A stretch of 47,522 nt of DNA. Source: a virus. The stretch is taken from the IMG/VR virus record IMGVR_UViG_3300010384_000010; one strand, written 5' to 3'. Shown here piece after piece: positions 46,372 to 47,522 of the stretch (position 1 is the first letter of the stretch; each line of letters begins with the position of its first letter). The translations under genes and the position numbers were made by a program. The notes beneath the pieces were generated by a model that was not told the origin of the DNA, did not search any database, and was given only the letters and a program-made list of their open reading frames with translations.

Positions 46372-47522
46372 TGTCCGGAATCTCCGCGTTCAGATCAAGG
46401 CCCGAATACGGGCTCTCGGGGTTCTTGGCGAGGCGCTCGCGCTCCTCATCGGGCAGGAGGACGCCCGCGTTGATGTACACGGCGGCCGTATCGGCGTCGG
46501 TCTTGCGCACCGTGGCCTTCTCGGCCTCGGACAGCTGGTACAACGGCATGAAGACGAACGTGACGTCGTCGTCCACCTTGCCGAACAGGTCCAGCTGCGC
46601 CACCTTGAGCATGGTCTCGATGCACGGGGCGAGGTCGCGGGTCTGGCGCGAGGCGATCGAGTCGTAGTAGACCCGGATTTCGCCGTCCGAGTTGGCGTTG
46701 AGCCCGGACGGCGTGATGCCGAACAGCTTCACGAGCGGGATGCTGGAGACCGAAGACATATGCTCCTGGGCCTGGGCCTGGAGCTTGTCGAGGCCACCCA
46801 AGGGCGTGTTGAACTGGAAAAACTCCTCGGTCTCCTTGTCCAGCACGAACAAGCCGCGATTGTCGCGGAGCTTGTTGAACAGCTGCACGCGCTGGATCAG
46901 GTCCATGCCGGCCGCGTCCGTGCCGTCGCCATCGGAGGAGGGCGTCGCGAGGATCGTCTCAAGATTCGTCTTGATGCCCGACATGCTGAAGCTGTGCGTG
47001 ACGTCGCTCACCGACTGCCGGGTCCGCAGCCAGTTGTCCACATAGGGGCGGGCCATCTGGATCAGCGGGATGCCGCCGAACGAGTAGGACGCCTTCAGGA
47101 TGTCCGGCACCGGGTTGCTCAGGACCATGAGAAGGCGGGAGGAGTGCACCTCTTTGCCCATCACGTACCACGTCGACGGCTTGTAGTAGTCCGCCGCCAG
47201 GGGGTTGGTGCTGTTGTAGAGGCCCGGGTAGCTCCAGGTGGGCTCGACCACCCGCAGCCCGACGAACGAGCCCTTGGTGATCTTCTTGTCGGACAGGGCC
47301 AACGGGGTGGCCAGCTCGACCGAGTCCTCGGAGACCAGGGCGCCGCCGCTCGGCTTCTTGACGTCGATGTAGAGCTGGCAGCGGCCGAACCACGCGTCAC
47401 GCTCGATGGCCTCTTGCAGGCGGGCCATGATCTTGTGGTGCCGGAACCACTCGTCGATCTTTGTGATCCGGTCGCCCTTGTCGCCGTCGCCCTTGGATCG
47501 GAATTCGATGCCCTCGCGGACC
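46274..47522 (-). CDS. Portal protein, C-terminal part (continues into 1..417 across the junction)
   Basis: The frame stays open upstream of the ORF-track Met (47428) to the window end. It lies between the SGNH/terminase side and the MuF gene. The C-terminal tail is acidic and Gly-rich. Confidence 0.8.
   Translation of the reverse strand, partial: VREGIEFRSKGDGDKGDRITKIDEWFRHHKIMARLQEAIERDAWFGRCQLYIDVKKPSGGALVSEDSVELATPLALSDKKITKGSFVGLRVVEPTWSYPGLYNSTNPLAADYYKPSTWYVMGKEVHSSRLLMVLSNPVPDILKASYSFGGIPLIQMARPYVDNWLRTRQSVSDVTHSFSMSGIKTNLETILATPSSDGDGTDAAGMDLIQRVQLFNKLRDNRGLFVLDKETEEFFQFNTPLGGLDKLQAQAQEHMSSVSSIPLVKLFGITPSGLNANSDGEIRVYYDSIASRQTRDLAPCIETMLKVAQLDLFGKVDDDVTFVFMPLYQLSEAEKATVRKTDADTAAVYINAGVLLPDEERERLAKNPESPYSGLDLNAEIPDNEASNEDEGGDAGAAGGGNRKDPAPDKGKRGS
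47468..47522. repeat. Terminal direct repeat identical to 1..55
   Basis: Verbatim 55-nt identity with the start of the window. Confidence 0.9.

Noticed and set aside
1-47522. Prophage, integration, lysogeny or mobile-element signatures, and tRNA genes.
   Set aside because: No integrase, excisionase, CI/Cro-like repressor pair, att-like flanks or transposase was recognised. No T-loop-like GGTTCGAATCC or cloverleaf candidates were seen by eye. Absence is based on visual inspection only, so tRNAscan-SE or ARAGORN and a profile search should confirm it.

Overview
The window is a complete, circularly closed genome of a visibly GC-rich tailed dsDNA phage. The first 55 nt equal the last 55 nt, giving a unit length of 47,467 bp, and the portal gene reads in frame through this junction. 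All ~67 credible genes lie on the minus strand. The long plus-strand ORFs are antisense shadows. No integrase, repressor, tRNA or CRISPR array was seen. In the sense direction (descending coordinates) the layout is: promoter near 28.0 kb, first early gene (27395-27910), 0.5-kb non-coding module B, then a replication block (PrimPol, SNF2 helicase, SSB-like protein, UvrD-like helicase, family-A polymerase). Next comes a 2-aminoadenine (Z-genome) cluster purZ-mazZ-datZ with neighbouring nucleotide and nuclease genes, then ~20 small orphan early genes, then non-coding module A, a paralog of B. After that come terS/terL, a lysis cassette, an SGNH esterase, and the structural genes: portal, MuF-like protein, a Nudix-scaffold fusion, capsid, neck, sheath and tube, a frameshifted chaperone, tape measure, baseplate and tail fibres. 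Five signals are not explained by the genes. (1) Two collinear ~0.5-kb non-coding modules each carry three GTTGTAG/CTACAAC hairpins and flank the early/replication block. (2) About 11 copies of an ATAGAG-N-ATAGAG leader motif occur, most behind extended -10 promoters. (3) In five of those promoters the -10 hexamer sits in the loop of an inverted repeat whose arms differ between copies. (4) TCTTCACG direct repeats phased at 11 bp occur at three sites. (5) A Nudix domain, flanked by a 21-bp direct repeat, is inserted into the scaffold gene. All functional calls rest on motif recognition by eye. No searches were run.
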